Of a DNA stretch of 64,000 nt, positions 60,204-64,000 are shown in pieces (the first letter of the stretch is position 1; each line of letters starts with the position of its first letter). The stretch is taken from NCBI GenBank assembly GCA_009914755.4, contig CP086569.2, positions 24,032,001-24,096,000 on the forward strand, given 5' to 3'. A program made the translations under genes and the position numbers. This stretch comes from the human T2T-CHM13v2.0 reference genome, Homo sapiens. Below the pieces are notes generated by a model. It worked only from the letters and a program-made list of their open reading frames with translations, was not told the DNA's origin and searched no databases.

Positions 60204-61113
60204 GCAAACATCTAATTTTGAATTTTTTTTACAATATATATTTCATATTTTTTTCTAATTTGAATGACTTTTTTTGAGAAGCAAACATTTTTGCCCAAAT
60301 TTAAAAATGTTAGCCATAAATCATGGAGCTTAAATAATGGACTGATAGTCAGCAGTTAATGTAAAGGTTGTTGAAATTTCAGATACCCCAAATTTTCAGT
60401 ATATACCTAAAGTTTCTGATTCAGCAAGTCCTTTCCTGTATTTCAGTTTCACTAATTTTAAAAAGCCATTCTTTAATAAATACTGTATTAATATGATTTG
60501 GCAGAATGCTATGGGAGGGTTTCCTCTAGAATTCTACTCAAAAGAAGAATTAGTACGAATTGTATGTCCCTTTTCTTTTACAACAGTTTTGATCTTAAGC
60601 AGTGAAAAATACCATTTAAATAAGCATTCTCTCCATAACATTATATGTGGCAGAAGTTTCCAACAGTGGTGAAGTCAGTAGTAATTATTCAAACACTGAA
60701 ATAGACAGGGTTGTTTCTTTTTTTTATCATTAGTGCAAATTTCTGTAATAACAGTACTGTCACTCCTGGCGTCACATATGTTCTGTTAGATAGGTGGGCG
60801 TGTGGAAGTAGTTGATGTGCTGGTAATATGTATAATACCCAAGAAGTCCCATTGCAGTGTAAATTCCTTGATTTGATATTGGATTTTAAAATGTGAATAA
60901 ATATGAAAACATAACTCTTACAGTATAATTGTCTGGTTTTGTTCTGAGTATGTTTTCTTGAAACATTGGAATTCACTTAGGGATTTAACAAATTCAGCTT
61001 TTTAAACCAGTATTCTATCGCTAAGGTTCTAAAATAATTCTTCGATTTGTCAGAAAACGTACATACTGAGGATATGTGGCAGGAATTATGAATCACATTT
61101 TTATGAATTTCTT

Positions 61114-61400
61114 TTTTTTTTGAGACAGGGTCTTGCGGTGTCGCCCAGGCTGGAAGTGCAGTGGTGTGATCTCGGCTCACTGCAACTTCTGTCTCCTAGG
61201 TTCCAGTAATTCTCCCTGCCTCAGCCTCCCCAATAGGTGGAATTACAGGCACCCGTCACCCAGCTAATTTTTGTATTTTTTAGTGGAGAAGGGGTTTCGC
61301 CATGTTGGCCAGGATAGTCTTGAACTCCTGATATCAGGTGATGCGTCCTCCTCGGCCTCCCAAAGTGCTGGGATTAGAGGTGTGAGCCACTGCTCCCAGC
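61114..61400 (-). mobile_element. Alu (minus) just 5' of exon 10
   Basis: tttttttttgagacagggtcttgcggtgtcgcccaggctggaagtgcagtggtgtgatctcggctcactgcaacttctgtctcc ... gggattagaggtgtgagccactgctcccagcc. Confidence 0.9.
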
Positions 61401-61541
61401 CTCTTTTAGCATTTTTGCATTTCTTTGGAAATAAACTGATATGTTCATTAAACCATCAAAAGAAAAACCAAAACACACCCTTATTAAGAGTGAGTGAAAG
61501 AAAGAGTTGTCTTTACATTACTGAAAACTTCTGTGTTTCAG

Positions 61542-61605
61542 AAATCTGTGGACCGAAGCATACAAATGGTGGTATCTTGTCTGTTTAATCCAGAGAAGAG
61601 ACTGA
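61542..61605 (+). CDS. DAZ: DAZ exon 10, coding part read in the frame imposed by exon 8 (-NLWTEAYKWWYLVCLIQRRD*); the full exon is 61542-61640
   Basis: Acceptor cttctgtgtttcag|aaatctgtggaccgaagc; donor cttcaag|gtatgaaagg at 61640/61641. Skipping exon 9 shifts the DAZL-type frame (KSVDRSIQ...) to NLWTEAYKWWYLVCLIQRRD, with TGA at 61603-61605. This matches my recollection of the DAZ C-terminus. Confidence 0.72.
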
Positions 61606-61744
61606 TAAATTCCGTTGTTACTCAAGATGACTGCTTCAAGGTATGAAAGGAATGGCATGCATAATTAAAAAGCACACTTGTTCCCTCTCAAGTTAGCTGT
61701 TTTCCTTGTGGCACATGTATTTTGGGCTTTCTTAGAGGAATTTT

Positions 61745-62053
61745 TTTTCTTTTTTTTTTGTTTTGAGACGGAGTCTCCTCTGTCGCCCAGGCTGGAGTGC
61801 AGTGAGTGGCCCCATCTAGGCTCACTGCAAGCTCCACCTCCCAGGTTTACTTAACGCCATTCTCCTGCCTCAGCCTTCCGAGTAGCTGGGACTACAGGCG
61901 CCCACCACCACGCCCAGCTAATTTTTTGTATTTTTAGTAGAGACGGGGTTTCACCGTGTTAGCCAGGATGGTCTCGATCTCCTGACCTCGTGATCCACCT
62001 GCCTCAGCCTCCCAAAGTGCTGGGATTACAGGCATGAGCCACCGTGCCCGGCC
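61745..62053 (-). mobile_element. AluY-type element (minus)
   Basis: ttttgagacggagtctcctctgtcgcccaggctggagtgcagtgagtggccccatctaggctcactgcaagctccacctcccagg ... ggattacaggcatgagccaccgtgcccggcc. Confidence 0.9.
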
Positions 62054-62280
62054 TAGAACATTTAATTGAACTGTTGGCATTTGACTGTAACCCAGTAAAC
62101 CAGTGTGGGTTTTACCTGGCAGTATATTTTCTGCTGCCGAGCCTTGATATAATGTAGTCAAATTTAGGGAAGAATCCTGCAGCAGAAATTTGTAATTGAA
62201 AGGGTTTACTAGAGAAGAGAGTTAGTTGACTACCTTGACCAAATAGTAAAATAAAATTTTAGATACAGAAAGGAGATCTT

Positions 62281-62567
62281 GGCTGGGTGCAGAGGCTCAC
62301 GCCTGTAATCCCAACACTTTGGGGGGCTGAGGTGGGTGGATTGCTTGAGCTCAGGAGTTCGAGGCCACCCTGGGTAACAAGGCAAAACACCATCTCTACA
62401 AAAAAATACAAAAATCAGCCAGTTGTGATGGTACATGCCTGTAGTGCCAACTACTCCAGAGGAGTCTGAGGCAGGAGGATCGCTTGAGCCTGGGAAGTTG
62501 AGGCTGCACTGAGCCATGATTGTGCCGTTGTAGTCCAGCCTGGGCAACAGAGTGAGAGACCTTGTCT

Positions 62568-62607
<40 letters not shown>
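62281..62607 (+). mobile_element. Alu (plus) with long poly-A tail
   Basis: ggctgggtgcagaggctcacgcctgtaatcccaacactttggggggctgaggtgggtggattgcttgagctcaggagttcgaggcc ... gagagaccttgtctc followed by ~45 A. Confidence 0.9.
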
Positions 62608-62609
<2 letters not shown>

Positions 62610-64000
62610 GAACTTAATACATGCATATTGGACTAAAGAGAAGAAAAGAAATGATTTACTCAGATGATACACCTGAACAGTGTGAAGGGAGAAAAGGGGT
62701 AAAATGAAGCAGTAAAAAGTTGAGTAGAAAGAGAGGTTGATTCAGAGTTGGTGAAGCGGAAGAGAATGTGGCTAGTTGAATTCCAGAAAGATCTGACTTC
62801 TGATCCCACTTTCTATCCATGTTGGATAGATAAATCTTTTATTAAGGCTCTAATTCTTACAAGTCTAAAATGAGAAGGTACAGGACTAAAGGTTTCTGGG
62901 TCCCTGTGGTTCTAAGTCTATAAATACGAAAAAGAACTAACTTGGTCAGTCCGGTGGGAGAAAAATATTATGGTTAATAAAGGGAAGGTGTTTTTTAAAT
63001 AACAATTTTATTAAAATAATACCAGTAATACAATTTATGTATTTAAAATGTGCACTTCACTGTTTTTTCATATATTCAAAGTTGTGCAACCATGTCCACA
63101 ATCAATTTTAGAATACTTAAATCACCTCAAAAATCACCCCCGTACCTTAGCAGTCACCTGCTATTTTCCTGGAACTTGTGTGTATCCCTAGGCAAACACT
63201 AATTTACTTTTTTCCTCTAAGGATTTTCCTGTCCTGGAGATTTCTTGTATATGGAATCATACATAATGATGTGGCATTTTGTGACTGGATTTTTTCACTC
63301 AGCATAATGTTTGTAAGGTTCATCAATATTCTAGCACGTATCAGAACTTAATCATTTCTTTTTATTTGTAGATATTACCTTATTCTGTTTATGCATTCAT
63401 CTGTTAAAGACATTTGGATTATTTCCACTTTTTAGCTGTTATAACTAATGCTGTGAACATTCATGTACAAGTTACTGTGGGGACATACGTGCTTACCTCT
63501 CTTGCGTATATACTTGGGAATGGAATTGCTAAGTCATATTTAACCTTTAGTGGAACTGCCAGATTTGTCAAAACTGGCTACACACTTTACATTCAAAAGA
63601 AAATGTTTAACCATCACTTTGTGTCTTACAACAGAACTAGCTTATTTTTGTCTGTGAATGGATATGGGATGAAGCCTAAGCCTTTTTAAAGGGTTATATT
63701 ATGAATCTTCTGTATAATGTAGAAGAGTAGAGCCAGATAGCAGAATTAAGTTCTTAACATCTTTGCAACATGGAGTAAATATATTTAAATTTGACATTTG
63801 TTCTCTTGTTGCTTCGTTCTATATAGATAGTACAATTTAGAAAAGAAAGAACTGGAATTGTACATCAGCTTATCTTGCCGAAAATTCTGATTACATTGGT
63901 GTCTACAGTAGTACTTAAGTGATTTTCAAAGCAGAAGATAGTTTTTTGTGTTTCTTTCTTTCTTTCTTTTTTTTTTTTTTGAGGTGACCTCATTTGGTCA

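Noticed and set aside
62610-64000. Search for DAZ exon 11 (DAZL-like ...DKRVHHFRRSRAMLKSV and 3' UTR) downstream of exon 10.
   Set aside because: No matching sequence was found between 61641 and 64000. The last exon presumably lies beyond the window, so no feature is reported.

Overview
This window is primate, almost certainly human, Y-chromosome DNA from the AZFc region. It holds the 5' end and most of a DAZ (Deleted in Azoospermia) gene on the + strand. I saw no prokaryotic gene structure anywhere: Alu and L1 content, GT-AG introns and a CpG-island promoter show it is a vertebrate sex-chromosome locus.

Layout, start to end:
- 1-8929: a near-perfect inverted repeat with arms 1-3397 and 5536-8929 around a ~2.14-kb non-palindromic spacer (3398-5535). 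The left arm is cut by the window edge. I read this as the centre of a giant Y palindrome (P1 or P2 type, with DAZ genes head-to-head); the right arm is inferred to continue through the DAZ gene.
- 8930-14400: unique intergenic DNA with one Alu and ancient repeats.
- 14480-15720: a CpG-island promoter with a candidate ATG-only exon 1 (Kozak ATG followed by GTGAGT) at 14936.
- 15720-21540: intron 1, about 6.6 kb, with two Alus, one carrying a perfect 15-bp target-site duplication.
- 21540-23393: exons 2-6, encoding a single RRM (RNP-2 VFVGGI, RNP-1 KGYGFVSF).
- ~23630-59780: an array of 13 tandem ~2.4-kb DAZ-repeat units. Each normally holds one 72-bp exon 7 (24 aa, AFPAYP-SPFQVTTGYQLPVYNYQ type) plus a decayed pseudo-exon 8.
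  - Four units at the start of the array are divergent.
  - One unit is disrupted by a full-length but coding-dead L1 (~34191-40233, minus strand), with ~1 kb of the unit including its exon 7 missing.
  - Six units are almost identical, with 2384-2385 bp periodicity.
  - One unit (f) carries the functional exon 8; a final unit (g) lies past it.
- 3' end: exon 8 at 56935-56969, a pseudo-exon 9 at 60090-60203 whose donor is GT>GC, and exon 10 at 61542-61640. Exon 8 joined to exon 10 shifts frame to the DAZ-specific C-terminus ...GEQRRNLWTEAYKWWYLVCLIQRRD with stop at 61603-61605. Exon 11 is not in the window.
- 61100-62610: three more Alus around exon 10.

All short six-frame ORFs inside the repeat units, Alus, the CpG island and the L1 are by-products, not genes.
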